From the NCBI GenBank assembly GCA_022821845.1, contig JAJECT010000019.1, positions 65,814 to 129,813 on the forward strand: a DNA stretch of 64,000 bases. Direction: 5' to 3'. Made by a program: the position numbers and the translations under genes. Under the pieces are notes generated by a model that was not told where the DNA came from, made no database searches, and saw nothing but the letters and a program-made list of their open reading frames with translations. This document shows positions 28,023 to 37,705 of the stretch, piece by piece; positions within the stretch are counted from its first letter, which is position 1, and every line of letters begins with the position of its first letter. This DNA is from Rhodothermales bacterium. Lineage in GTDB: Bacteria > Bacteroidota > Rhodothermia > Rhodothermales > VXPQ01.

Positions 28023-29141
28023 ATGCCAGAAAAAAACTTTGAAGGCATCCTCGAAATGATCGGGGGTAAAAAATTTGGCTTTATCCGCGCCTTTCGCCCG
28101 GATTTGCCAAAAGGGAACAGCGACCCCTTTACGTCGCCGCCGCTGGTGCGAAAATTTCATCTTCGGGACGGATGCCTCCTGACAGGCACCCTGCGCCCGG
28201 GCCGAAAAGGCGCCTTGCAGGTCGCCCGCATCGACAGCGTGATGGGCATGCCGCCCGAAAAATGGGCCGACGTCGCCGATTTCGACGGCGGACAAACCAT
28301 CTACCCGGACGAGAAGCTGGAGCTCGTAACCGCCCCGGGGGAGATTTCCATGCGCGTCGTGGACCTCGTTTCCCCCATCGGCAAGGGACAACGCGCCCTG
28401 ATCGTGGCGCCCCCCCGCACGGGCAAAACGATTCTGCTGAAAAAAATGGCCGCGGCGATTACGCAGAATCACCCGGACGTGGCGCTGGTGGCGCTCCTCG
28501 TCGACGAACGGCCCGAGGAAGTCACCGACTTCAAGCGCGCCACGGCGGCCCAGGTGTTCGCCTCTTCGAACGACCGGGAGGAGGACAACCATGTCCGCGT
28601 CTCCACGCTTGCGCTCGAATATTCGCGTCGCCTCGTGGAAACAGGCAAGGACGTCGTGCTGCTGCTGGATTCGTTGACCAGGCTGGGGCGGACCTTTAAC
28701 CTGTACCTGGGCGGAAGCGGACGTACGCTTTCCGGCGGCCTGGACGCGAAGGCCCTGCAAATTCCCCGACGGATATTCGGCTCGGCCCGGAATATCGAGG
28801 AGGGCGGATCGCTGACCATCGTCGCTACGGCGCTCATCGAAACGGGCAGCCGCATGGACGACGTGATTTTCGAAGAATTCAAGGGCACGGGCAATTCGGA
28901 AATCGTGCTGGACCGGGAAATGGCCGACAAACGCATTTTCCCGGCGATCAACCTGCGCAAAAGCGGTACGCGCAACGAGGAACGGCTGCTCGGGGACGCC
29001 ATCGCGCAGCATCATCGGCTGTTCCGGGCGCTGAATTCGCGTCCTCCCATCGAGGCCATGCAGGCGCTGATTCGGCATTTGCAGCAATCGCCCACGAATG
29101 CGCACCTGCTGAACGAACTGGTTCCAAGCGAGGCCTATTGA
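28023..29141 (+). CDS. rho: Transcription termination factor Rho (short form, 372 aa)
   Basis: EGILEMIGGKKFGFIRAF (CSD-like RNA-binding domain), VDLVSPIGKGQRALIVAPPRTGKTILL (Walker A), LLVDERPEEVTD, LLLDSLTRLGRTFN, FPAINLRKSGTRNEERL. An in-frame TAG at 27990-27992 rules out a longer N-terminus. Confidence 0.92.
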   Translation: MPEKNFEGILEMIGGKKFGFIRAFRPDLPKGNSDPFTSPPLVRKFHLRDGCLLTGTLRPGRKGALQVARIDSVMGMPPEKWADVADFDGGQTIYPDEKLELVTAPGEISMRVVDLVSPIGKGQRALIVAPPRTGKTILLKKMAAAITQNHPDVALVALLVDERPEEVTDFKRATAAQVFASSNDREEDNHVRVSTLALEYSRRLVETGKDVVLLLDSLTRLGRTFNLYLGGSGRTLSGGLDAKALQIPRRIFGSARNIEEGGSLTIVATALIETGSRMDDVIFEEFKGTGNSEIVLDREMADKRIFPAINLRKSGTRNEERLLGDAIAQHHRLFRALNSRPPIEAMQALIRHLQQSPTNAHLLNELVPSEAY

Positions 29142-29251
29142 GCGAGGGATACGGAGCAAGCGCATAGACAAGCGAAAACTTGCGGCGAGAGGTTATATTT
29201 CCCGCCTTGCGGTGTCTATAGGGGAAACACAACACGTTTCCGTTCCACCGC

Positions 29252-30019
29252 TTGATCCACGTTTTCGCTATCGTGCCAAACCCGCTTAAACGCATCGAAC
29301 CCGCTTCCGACCCGGATATCCGACGCCAGGTCCCCATTCGCAACTGGGCGGAAAAAGAACGCCCCAGCGAGCGCATGCTGAGCGGGCAGCACAACGACCT
29401 CTCGGACGCCGAACTGATCGGCGTGTTGTTTCGGTCGGGCACCCATACCCGTTCCGGCTCCGTATCGGCCATTCAGCTGGGCCGCACGCTGCTGCATACC
29501 TTTGGCGGATTGCGCGATCTGTCCCGCCGCGACACGCGGGAAATGATGCGCGTGGCGGGCGTCGGCCCGGCCAAGGCGGCCCAGCTTGCCGCCGCGTTCG
29601 AGATCGGGCGGCGCGTAGAAGCGCAGCAACTGGACCGCAGGGAAATCCGGGTGTCCTCGCCCAACGACGTGGCGGCGGTCTACATACCGAAACTGCGCGA
29701 TTTGCGCACGGAAGTATTCGACCTCGTTTTGCTCAATACGGCGAACGTCATTATCTCCAGTATCCGGCTAAGCGGGGGCGGCCTTTCGTCCAGCATCGTC
29801 GAGCCGAGGGCCGTTTTCCAGCAGGCCGTCCTGGAAAACGCCGCTTCGGTAATCTGCGTGCACAACCATCCGTCCGGCAGCCCGGAACCAAGCCAGGAAG
29901 ATATCCGAATCACCCGGCAACTGGTGTCCGCAGGCAAAATCATGGGCATTCCCATTCACGACCATCTCATCGTGGGCGGAAACCAGTATGTCTCCATGGC
30001 GGAACGCCAGTTGTTGTAG
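29252..30019 (+). CDS. radC: RadC/YicR-family JAB-domain protein
   Basis: ERPSERMLSGQHNDLSDAELIGVLFRSGT, HhH VAGVGPAKAAQLAAAFEIGRR, JAMM-like HNHPSGSPEPSQED. The TTG start at 29252 is uncertain. Confidence 0.85.
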   Translation: MIHVFAIVPNPLKRIEPASDPDIRRQVPIRNWAEKERPSERMLSGQHNDLSDAELIGVLFRSGTHTRSGSVSAIQLGRTLLHTFGGLRDLSRRDTREMMRVAGVGPAKAAQLAAAFEIGRRVEAQQLDRREIRVSSPNDVAAVYIPKLRDLRTEVFDLVLLNTANVIISSIRLSGGGLSSSIVEPRAVFQQAVLENAASVICVHNHPSGSPEPSQEDIRITRQLVSAGKIMGIPIHDHLIVGGNQYVSMAERQLL

Positions 30020-30139
30020 GCGTTGTTGCAGCGCAGCGAGGCGGTTTCCGGCGCTTGTGGAATCATACGGGCGCCTTTCCCGGTATGAGGGCCGCATGCC
30101 GGCTTGCCCGGACGTTTCTTCCGTACCCGTTTGCCAGCC

Positions 30140-31576
30140 ATGGACCTTCTGGAAAAAATCGTTTCCCTTTCCAAGCGCCGCGGATTCGTTTTCCCGTCTT
30201 CGGATATTTACGGCGGCCTCGCCGCTACGTACGACTACGGACCCCTCGGCGTGGAACTGAAACGCAACGCGAAGGAGCGGTGGTGGCGCGACATGGTGTA
30301 CCGGCACGACAATATCGAGGGCCTGGACGCAGCCATTCTGATGCATCCGACCGTCTGGAAGGCGTCCGGGCACGTAGACGCTTTCCACGACCCCATGATC
30401 GACGACAAGGCGTCGAAGCGGCGGTACCGGGCGGACGAACTGATCGAACGGCACATCGAAAAGCTGGAGGCTGCCGGCAAGGAGGAGCGGGCCCGCCGCG
30501 TCCGCGCACGCTTTCTCTCGGCGCTGCACAGCGAGGATATGCCGAAAGAACTCCACCAGATCATTCTCGACGAAGAAATTCGGGGACCGGACTCCGGCGC
30601 CTTCGACTGGACCGAAGTGCGGCAGTTCAATCTGATGTTCGAAACGCACGCCGGCGCGGTCGCGGACGACGAAACGCGCATCTGGCTTCGCCCCGAAACG
30701 GCCCAGGGCATCTTCGTGAATTTTCGGCTGGCGCAGGAAACGGCCCGGCAGCAAATCCCCTTCGGCATTGCGCAAATAGGGAAAGCGTTCCGCAACGAAA
30801 TCGTCGCCCGCCGCTTCATTTTCCGCATGCGCGAATTCGAGCAGATGGAGATGCAGTATTTCGTCGCGCCCGGTACGCAGATGGAGCATTTCGAGGCCTG
30901 GCGGGAGCGGCGCATGCAGTGGCATATAGACAATGGCGTCCGCCCGGAACGCTTGCGCTGGCACGAGCACGAAAAACTGGCGCACTACGCGGACGCGGCC
31001 TTCGACGTACAATACGACTTTCCGATGGGATGGCAGGAAATAGAGGGCATTCACTCGCGCACCGATTTCGACCTGAGGCGCCATCAGGAATTTTCCGGCA
31101 AAAAAATGGAATATTTCGACCCGAGGCGGCAGGAGAAATACATTCCCTACGTCGTGGAGACGTCCGCCGGGCTGGACCGCACCGTGCTCATGCTGCTGTG
31201 CGAAGCCTACGAAGAGGAGAAGGTCGAAGGCGAAGAGCGGGTCGTCATGAAGTTTCATCCTGAAATAGCCCCCGTGAAGGCGGCTGTTTTCCCCCTGGTC
31301 AAGCGGGACGGGATGCCGGAGGCGGCCCGGGCGCTCGCCGCCGACCTGCGCGAGCATTTCAAGGCGTTCTACGACGAAAGCGGGTCCATCGGGAAGCGCT
31401 ACCGCCGCATGGACGAGGCCGGTACGCCGTTCTGCGTCACGGTGGACGGCGAAACCATGGAGACGGGGGCCGTGACCATCCGGGACAGGGATTCCATGGC
31501 GCAGGAGCGCGTGGCGAAGGAACACGCGGCGACCTGGATGAAAGACCGGATGAAAGCCTGGCGGCGGTCCGCGTAA
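30140..31576 (+). CDS. glyQS: Glycine--tRNA ligase (homodimeric class II type)
   Basis: MDLLEKIVSLSKRRGFVFPSSDIYGGLAATYDYGPLGVELKRN..., FNLMFET, LRPETAQGIFVNF, GKAFRNEI, FRMREFEQMEMQYF. Confidence 0.95.
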   Translation: MDLLEKIVSLSKRRGFVFPSSDIYGGLAATYDYGPLGVELKRNAKERWWRDMVYRHDNIEGLDAAILMHPTVWKASGHVDAFHDPMIDDKASKRRYRADELIERHIEKLEAAGKEERARRVRARFLSALHSEDMPKELHQIILDEEIRGPDSGAFDWTEVRQFNLMFETHAGAVADDETRIWLRPETAQGIFVNFRLAQETARQQIPFGIAQIGKAFRNEIVARRFIFRMREFEQMEMQYFVAPGTQMEHFEAWRERRMQWHIDNGVRPERLRWHEHEKLAHYADAAFDVQYDFPMGWQEIEGIHSRTDFDLRRHQEFSGKKMEYFDPRRQEKYIPYVVETSAGLDRTVLMLLCEAYEEEKVEGEERVVMKFHPEIAPVKAAVFPLVKRDGMPEAARALAADLREHFKAFYDESGSIGKRYRRMDEAGTPFCVTVDGETMETGAVTIRDRDSMAQERVAKEHAATWMKDRMKAWRRSA

Positions 31577-31637
31577 CGGCGTCGGGGAAAAACGAAACGC
31601 CTGCGATGGCCTCGCCCGCAACGTATATTGCAACGCT

Positions 31638-32114
31638 ATGAGCCTCTCCGACTTCCTCGAACCGCATAAGAAGTGGATGCGCCTCGCCCTGAAAGAAGCC
31701 GAGGCGGCCTGGGACGAGGACGAAGTGCCCGTCGGCGCCGTGGTGGTGCACGCCGGCGAAATCGTCGGGCGGGGCCGCAACATGGTGGAGCGGCTCCAGG
31801 ACCCCACCGCCCACGCCGAAATGATCGCCCTCACGGCGGCGTGCGAAACGCTCGGAGCGAAAATCCTGCGCGGATGCACGATGTACGTTACCCTCGAACC
31901 GTGTCCCATGTGCGCCGGCGCCCTGGTGTGGGCCCGCATCGACCGGCTCGTGTTCGGCGCCTTCGACGAAAAAGCGGGCAGCGCATCCACATTGTACGAC
32001 ATTCCCCGGGACCCGCGGCTGAACCATCAGATGGAGGTGGTGTCTGGCGTAGAGGCGGACCGCGCCGCCGAACTCATGCGGGCGTTCTTTCAGAAACGCC
32101 GCATCGCCCTGTAG
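31638..32114 (+). CDS. tadA: tRNA adenosine(34) deaminase
   Basis: VPVGAVVV, HAEMIAL, TLEPCPMCAGAL (zinc-binding deaminase motifs). Confidence 0.93.
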   Translation: MSLSDFLEPHKKWMRLALKEAEAAWDEDEVPVGAVVVHAGEIVGRGRNMVERLQDPTAHAEMIALTAACETLGAKILRGCTMYVTLEPCPMCAGALVWARIDRLVFGAFDEKAGSASTLYDIPRDPRLNHQMEVVSGVEADRAAELMRAFFQKRRIAL

Positions 32115-32197
32115 CTACATTATTTGTACAATTGTCCGTGTACAATGCGCAAACGTTCCTGTACGATTTCCCTGCGTAATTTTCCTCTGCAAACGCC

Positions 32198-33202
32198 ATG
32201 ACGGACGTAGTCATCGTCGGCGGCGGCCCGGTGGGGCTGGCCTGCGCCATTCAAGCGCAACGGGAAGGGCTGCGCGCCCTCGTCGTGGAGAAAGGAACCG
32301 TCGCCCAGTCCCTCGTCGGGTATCCCGTGAAGATGGAATTTTTCTCCACGCCCGAACTGATCGAAATAGGGGGGCATCCTTTCCCGGTACACGGCCACAA
32401 GCCGCTTCGCGAGGAAGCCATCGAATACTACCGGCGCGTGGCCCAGAACGAAGGCCTTGCGCTGCGCCTGTACGAACGCGTCCTGCGCGTGGAGGGCGAA
32501 TGCGACGCCTTTCGGGTGGTAACAGACAAGGATACGATCGGCGCCCGGCGCGTGGTGGTGGCCATCGGCTTCTTCGACCACCCGAACCTCTTGCGCGTCC
32601 CCGGAGAGGATTTGCCGAAAGTAACCCATTACTACAAGGAAGCCTATCCGTATTTCGGGCAGCGCGTCGCCGTGATCGGGGCGCGCAATTCGGCGGCGAA
32701 GGCGGCCCTGGACTGTTGCCGCCACGGCGCGCGCGTAACGCTGCTGGCGCGGGGGGCGGAACTATCGCGCCGCATCAAGTACTGGATCCGCCCCGACCTC
32801 GAAAACCGCATCGCGCAGGGCGCCATCGCGGCGCGCTTCAACACCGTGGTGCGGGAAATCCGGGCGTCGTCGCTCCTCGTAGAGGGTCCCGGCGGCGTGG
32901 AAGAGATCGGGAACGACTATGTGCTGGCGCTCACGGGCTACCACCCGGACTATTCGTTGCTAAAGGCCGTCGGCGTAGCAATCGCCGACGACGAATGGAA
33001 CACCCCGGTTTTCGACGCGCAATCTTTCGAAACCACGCGCAAGGGCGTGTACGTCGCGGGGACCGTCTGCGGCGGACGGCGGACGGGCCGGTGGTTCATC
33101 GAAAACGGACGCGTCCATGCCGTGCAGATCATGCGCCATATCGCGGGACGGGACCTGGAGGCCGTCGATTTCGAGAACCGCCACTGGGTTACGGCGGAAT
33201 AA
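32198..33202 (+). CDS. ypdA: YpdA-family putative bacillithiol disulfide reductase (FAD/NAD(P) oxidoreductase)
   Basis: MTDVVIVGGGPVGLACAIQ, FFSTPELIEIGG, VPGEDLPKVTHYYKEAYPYFGQRVAVIGARNSA, LTGYHPDY, WFIENGRVH. It reads co-linear with my recollection of B. subtilis YpdA. Confidence 0.85.
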   Translation: MTDVVIVGGGPVGLACAIQAQREGLRALVVEKGTVAQSLVGYPVKMEFFSTPELIEIGGHPFPVHGHKPLREEAIEYYRRVAQNEGLALRLYERVLRVEGECDAFRVVTDKDTIGARRVVVAIGFFDHPNLLRVPGEDLPKVTHYYKEAYPYFGQRVAVIGARNSAAKAALDCCRHGARVTLLARGAELSRRIKYWIRPDLENRIAQGAIAARFNTVVREIRASSLLVEGPGGVEEIGNDYVLALTGYHPDYSLLKAVGVAIADDEWNTPVFDAQSFETTRKGVYVAGTVCGGRRTGRWFIENGRVHAVQIMRHIAGRDLEAVDFENRHWVTAE

Positions 33203-33334
33203 ACCGGCGGTTGCCGGGCGGCTTCCTGCCCTGCGCTTGCGAAAAGGGCATAAGGACGCGCTCTTTATACGGAGGGCATGGCATACTTGTTACGTCCGTC
33301 CGCGCCCGACCGACAACAAACGCATCCCCTGCGG

Positions 33335-35503
33335 TTATGAGGCGTCAAGGATTTGCCGCGCTTGCGGATGATTCGGCGCAAGGCGCAGCGCTTCCTGCGC
33401 ATACCGGCGCGCGGCGTCGTCCTCGCCCAGCAAGTACCAGGCAAGCGCCAGATTAACCAGCCCGTCCACATACGACGGATCGAGTTCCACGGCCCTCGAA
33501 AACCATTGGACGGCGATCTCCGGGCGCCCGTCGTTCATATGGAACGCGCCCAGATTCCCGTACGCAACCGGATTCTCCGGCTCGGCCCGCACCGCCTGCT
33601 CGAACAGGGCGCGGGCTTCCGTCAGGCGCCCGTCCTGCGCCAGCAGAAATCCCAGATTCCCCAATGCCTGCCCGCCGTCCGGATCCAGAAGAATGGCTTC
33701 GCGGAGCGACCGTTCGGCGGCGGCGCGATCCCCCTGCCTGAGGCGGGCCGTTCCCAAATTGAAATGGGCCGGAGCCAGCCACGGATACTCGGCGACCGCG
33801 GCCTCGTATTGCGCCGCCGCCGCGTCCAGTTCGCCCTGCGTCTCCAGATAGCGTCCGTAATTGACCCGAATATCCGCCCGGGCGGGCTGCGCGGCCAGCG
33901 CCCGCTCGTACAAATCCCGAATCGCCGCGCCCGCGCGCCCCAGCCGTTCGTACGTTTGCGCCAGGGCGTTAAGCCGCTCCGGTTTGGCTTCCAGCGCCAC
34001 GGCCTGCTCCAGCGGCTCCGCGGCGCGGGCCATTTCCCCCAGTTGCATGTACCCGTACCCCCGGAGATACTGGGCTTCGCCGAACGCGCCCGCCGCGTCG
34101 TCAAGCAACGTTACGCCCTGCCGGAGCGCCGTCGTGTCCCGATGCTGCAATCCCCGAATAACGTAGGCCATGCCTGCATAGGCGCCCGCCGAGTCGTCCC
34201 GGGCGTAGTACGGACGGAGCCGAATGCGTTCGACAGGCGCTTCGCCGTCTGGCGCGGCAGGGCCCTCTTCCCGGACCACGCGAATGTGGTGGTCCGTAAG
34301 CGTGGTATGCGGCGTGCCCGCCACGGACGCTTTCGGCATATGGCACGAAAAACAATGGGCGTCTTCGGCGTGCGCGGCGCGCATTGACGCTTCAGGCAAC
34401 GCGGCCTGCAATGCGGCCGGCGCGTGACAGGCCGTGCAGGCGGCGTTGAAATAATCGGGACCCGCCAGCCGGAACGCCTCGTGCGGATTGTGGCAGGTGG
34501 TGCAATCCATGGGCTGCGCCGATGCCTGCGTTTCGATAAAACAGGCGCTTTGCTTCATCAGGTCCGCGTGAGAAATCGCGTCGATCTCCTCCCCGGAATC
34601 TGCCGCGTCGGATACGTAGAACGCCATATGTTCGGAAAGCGGACGAGAGGGACGATAGTCGTAGGCGGCGCGCCCGTCCCGCAGCATCGACACCGTGGCG
34701 TGCAAATGGCATTGCTGGCACACGTCCAGGCGGCGTTCGAGCGAAAGGTGCGCCGGGTTCACGATGGTCTCGTCGATGTCGCCCGCCGGTTCCGGAGAAG
34801 CAAGGCGAGCCTCGACGTGCACGGACCCCGGCCCGTGGCATCGTTCGCACCCGATCCCGTGCGGCACCGCCTCGTATTTGCCGTCCACAAACGGCGTCGA
34901 GCGTGGATAACTGTTGTGGCAAGCCATGCAACGATCCGGAATAAGCCGGTCGAAACGGGTATTGGACACTTCGTATCCGGGGCTTAGGTCCCATTTTTCC
35001 TCCTGGGTATACCAGGTCAGGGGGAGTTCGAAGTACCGCCCGCCTTCTTCCACGAGATACGTCCGCGCCGCCGTGCCGCTGCCCACGACGTACTCCATTT
35101 CGCGAACCAGGACGTGCGTTTTGCTTCCGTCCGACCCCTGCCGGAATTCTTCGATCCAGAAACGGTCGCCCTCGCGGTACGGACGATAAGAGAAACCCCG
35201 GTTCGGGTCCTCCACGATCACGCCGTCGAACGCCTCGACCACGGCGGCGGCGCGCATGGGATAGAACGAATTCGCCATGCCGTGCTCCTCGAATCCGCGG
35301 TACTGCTCCTCATGGCAGTCGAAACAGGCTTCGTCCCCCGTAAAGTCGGCGGACAAGTTCCGAAAACGAATCTCTGCCTCGGCGGTCTGTCCGGCGGCGG
35401 GCCTGTCCTGGACGTCCGGAGCGTCTGCGCCGCATCCGGAAACCGCCGCGCCGCAGACCAGCGCAACCAACAGCAACAAGGCGGAACAGCGCATGGGGAC
35501 CAT
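33335..35503 (-). CDS. Multiheme c-type cytochrome (7 CXXCH) fused to a C-terminal TPR domain; lipoprotein
   Basis: Start MVPMRCSALLLLVALVCGAAVSGC (lipobox). Heme motifs are CFDCH, CMACH, CERCH, CQQCH, CTTCH, CTACH and CFSCH. The C-terminal third contains TPR-like repeats (YLRGYGYMQLGEMARAAEPLEQAVALEA..., NLGTARLRQGDRAAAERSLREAILLDP...). Confidence 0.85.
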   Translation of the reverse strand: MVPMRCSALLLLVALVCGAAVSGCGADAPDVQDRPAAGQTAEAEIRFRNLSADFTGDEACFDCHEEQYRGFEEHGMANSFYPMRAAAVVEAFDGVIVEDPNRGFSYRPYREGDRFWIEEFRQGSDGSKTHVLVREMEYVVGSGTAARTYLVEEGGRYFELPLTWYTQEEKWDLSPGYEVSNTRFDRLIPDRCMACHNSYPRSTPFVDGKYEAVPHGIGCERCHGPGSVHVEARLASPEPAGDIDETIVNPAHLSLERRLDVCQQCHLHATVSMLRDGRAAYDYRPSRPLSEHMAFYVSDAADSGEEIDAISHADLMKQSACFIETQASAQPMDCTTCHNPHEAFRLAGPDYFNAACTACHAPAALQAALPEASMRAAHAEDAHCFSCHMPKASVAGTPHTTLTDHHIRVVREEGPAAPDGEAPVERIRLRPYYARDDSAGAYAGMAYVIRGLQHRDTTALRQGVTLLDDAAGAFGEAQYLRGYGYMQLGEMARAAEPLEQAVALEAKPERLNALAQTYERLGRAGAAIRDLYERALAAQPARADIRVNYGRYLETQGELDAAAAQYEAAVAEYPWLAPAHFNLGTARLRQGDRAAAERSLREAILLDPDGGQALGNLGFLLAQDGRLTEARALFEQAVRAEPENPVAYGNLGAFHMNDGRPEIAVQWFSRAVELDPSYVDGLVNLALAWYLLGEDDAARRYAQEALRLAPNHPQARQILDAS

Positions 35504-35583
35504 ATCCAGGGCGGCGCGCAATCCGAGAAAAATTTTTCGACCTTTTCTGGCCGAACGGCGCAGGTCGCAAGCGGTAGACCGAA

Positions 35584-35835
35584 CTACCCGGCGAGAACCA
35601 CGGCGAACAAGGCAAGCGTAATCGCCAGATTTACGCCCACCATCCATTTAAGGGCATCAATCCCCGCCTTATTCGCAGCGATTTCTGCTTTCAGACCGGC
35701 AAGGTCGGAATGCGTAGCGGCTTCCTTACGGTGCTCTCCTACAGCGTTCGCAATAGCCTGGGCATGCGCGTTGGCTTGTTTCTGTTCAACACCTGCGGCG
35801 GTCAGGTTTTCTGCGATGGCAATCGTATCAAGCAT
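35584..35835 (-). CDS. DUF1640-family small coiled-coil protein with a C-terminal transmembrane helix
   Basis: MLDTIAIAENLTAAGVEQKQANAHAQAIANAV...DLAGLKAEIAANKAGIDALKWMVGVNLAITLALFAVVL matches the DUF1640 pattern (helical repeats, KWM, hydrophobic tail). Confidence 0.7.
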   Translation of the reverse strand: MLDTIAIAENLTAAGVEQKQANAHAQAIANAVGEHRKEAATHSDLAGLKAEIAANKAGIDALKWMVGVNLAITLALFAVVLAG

Positions 35836-35868
35836 GGCTTTTCGCGGAATAGTTTGACAGATATTTGA

Positions 35869-35909
35869 CAAAACCCCACGCGCCGCACAAAAGATCCCTG
35901 ATGCAAAAA
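35869..35909. repeat. Copy A of a 41-bp intergenic direct repeat (CAAAACCCCACGCGCCGCACAAAAGATCCCTGATGCAAAAA)
   Basis: Read directly. It is identical to 37706-37746 except at one position (A/G). It lies 14 nt after the stop of the 581-aa gene and 33 nt before the DUF1640 start, reading on the minus strand. Confidence 0.85.
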
Positions 35910-35923
35910 CGGGTTCCGTTCGT

Positions 35924-37669
35924 TTACCGGTTGACGACGCCGAACTTCATGACCCGCTCCCCGACGCCCGGCGCCGCAATATGAATGAAATACATGCCGC
36001 TTGCTACCGGCAAGTTGCTGTCCGTCGTGAGGTCCCAGTCCAGCGAGCGGCTCGGACCGTCCTTGGACAAGGTGCGAATGAGCGTTCCGTTCACCGTATA
36101 GACGCGAATCGTCGCCCGCCGGGGCATGTTCGCGAAACGCACCCGACGGTCCGTATACGCCGTCTCGTACGCCGAATAACCCCGGTACGGGTTCGGCGCA
36201 ATGCCGACATCGTCGAGCGAGGCTTCAAGCGCAAAAGCGTCGTCCGTCATGCGCTCCGCGCTTGTTGGCTCCATGGACGACGAAACGAACCCCGCGTCGA
36301 AAAACGCCTGGACGAACTTGTCTGCCTCCCGAAGCTGCGTAATGGAATCCAGGTTATCCGCGCCCTGCGCAAACAATATCCCGAACACGACCTCCTCGCT
36401 GTCGCCAGGCTGCATGGTAAAAGGCCCCGTGGACATTACGAAACGACGGTCGCCAGGCGTGTTCTGCCCGCCAGCGGCGTCGTTATTCACTTCACTCCAG
36501 AACTGCCCCGTCACCGGATCGCCCGGATAGGCGAATTTGACGACTTCGCCGTCCGTCTCAAAACCGGACCCATGGGCGGTGAGCGATTCTCCTCCTTTCC
36601 AGAACCCCTGTTGCATGTAGTATACCTCCTGAGCAAGCTTCGGGTCGGTCATGCCTCCAGAAATTCTGTTCACGAAATACATGAAACTGGTTACGCCCAG
36701 CGTATCGCCGTGGTCTGAAACAGGCCCCTTGAAAAAGTCATAGCCCACCGCAGGGGGAGGACCGTACACAGCATCCACAGCGTGGGCATGATACGCATAG
36801 CCAAGTCCAAGCGTCGTGTCTATACCCACGAAATCGCCTTCCTCGCCGCCAATATCGGGATCGGAAAAAATGGAAAGAAACGTATCGGTCAAGGGTTCGC
36901 TGCCCTTGTACGTAACGTTGTATTTGAAAAACGTCGTGTTGCCAAGCGCATCCGCGCGGTCGAACGCAAAGGCATGCACCCGCACTTCCACGCCGATCGG
37001 CGCAGACTCCGTGCTGCGGTGCGTATTGCCCACATCGTTCATGATCCACCACACCGCCTGATCCCCGATCAGGTCAGGACGGTCGCCGCCCGCAAGGTCG
37101 TAGTTTCCCTCGTCGCCGTCCCCGTCTATAACCGGGGCGCCCAAATCGTATGGCCAATCCGCCAGATCCGGCGCGGCCTGCCCCGTCGCCTCGTAGCTCT
37201 GAATGTCGCTCTGGTTTACCTTGTACAAGCGGTCGTACGCTATACAGTCGTCCGGATTCACCGGGCGCCCATCCGATCCCAAAGGCCCCGGCCAGAATTC
37301 GAAATCGCCGTATCGAGAGCCAGCTACCCGCAGATCGCTTCCGACCATGCCGCCTATCCAGAGGCCCATCGCATAGATGGGGGAATGCCCAGCGTCTTGC
37401 GGAACAAAATACGCCCCCATAAAACCATTTCCATAAGCCACGCTGCCGTTATTCAAAAGACGAACTTGAACGTTGTTGACGTCCAGGGCCTCATCCGCCA
37501 AACCAGCCCAACAGCTACCGGGTTCGGGGTCTGAATCGCCGGTTCGCAAAAGAACGGAGGTCTGCTCTTTCTTGTCCTCGTCGTCCTTATCCACACCCGC
37601 AAAAGCACTGGACGCAGGGATCAGGCACACAGCCAAAATCAGCGTCAGGTATCGTGGAAGATGCTTCAT
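35924..37669 (-). CDS. Secreted protein of unknown function: a conserved N-terminal module of about 460 aa plus a T9SS-type C-terminal sorting domain. Short paralog of 38881..42411.
   Basis: Start MKHLPRYLTLILAVCLIPASSAFA (signal peptide), then an acidic/lysine linker DKDDEDKKEQ. The N-module carries FEFWPGPLGSDGRPVNPDDC, WPYDLGAPVIDGDGDEGNYDL, WWIMNDVGN, NTTFFKYNVTYKG and FSDPDIG. The C-terminus reads IAPNPYRGYSAYE...ATIRVYTVNGTLIRTL...VASGMYFIHIAAPGVGERVMKFGVVNR. Confidence 0.85.
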   Translation of the reverse strand: MKHLPRYLTLILAVCLIPASSAFAGVDKDDEDKKEQTSVLLRTGDSDPEPGSCWAGLADEALDVNNVQVRLLNNGSVAYGNGFMGAYFVPQDAGHSPIYAMGLWIGGMVGSDLRVAGSRYGDFEFWPGPLGSDGRPVNPDDCIAYDRLYKVNQSDIQSYEATGQAAPDLADWPYDLGAPVIDGDGDEGNYDLAGGDRPDLIGDQAVWWIMNDVGNTHRSTESAPIGVEVRVHAFAFDRADALGNTTFFKYNVTYKGSEPLTDTFLSIFSDPDIGGEEGDFVGIDTTLGLGYAYHAHAVDAVYGPPPAVGYDFFKGPVSDHGDTLGVTSFMYFVNRISGGMTDPKLAQEVYYMQQGFWKGGESLTAHGSGFETDGEVVKFAYPGDPVTGQFWSEVNNDAAGGQNTPGDRRFVMSTGPFTMQPGDSEEVVFGILFAQGADNLDSITQLREADKFVQAFFDAGFVSSSMEPTSAERMTDDAFALEASLDDVGIAPNPYRGYSAYETAYTDRRVRFANMPRRATIRVYTVNGTLIRTLSKDGPSRSLDWDLTTDSNLPVASGMYFIHIAAPGVGERVMKFGVVNR

Positions 37670-37705
37670 GGATACAATGATGCTTTCCTGGCGTAGGTAT
37701 CCTTT

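Noticed and set aside
29768-32002. ORF 29768..32002 (-) 744 aa
   Set aside because: It is antisense to radC, glyQS and tadA, all of which have unambiguous family motifs.
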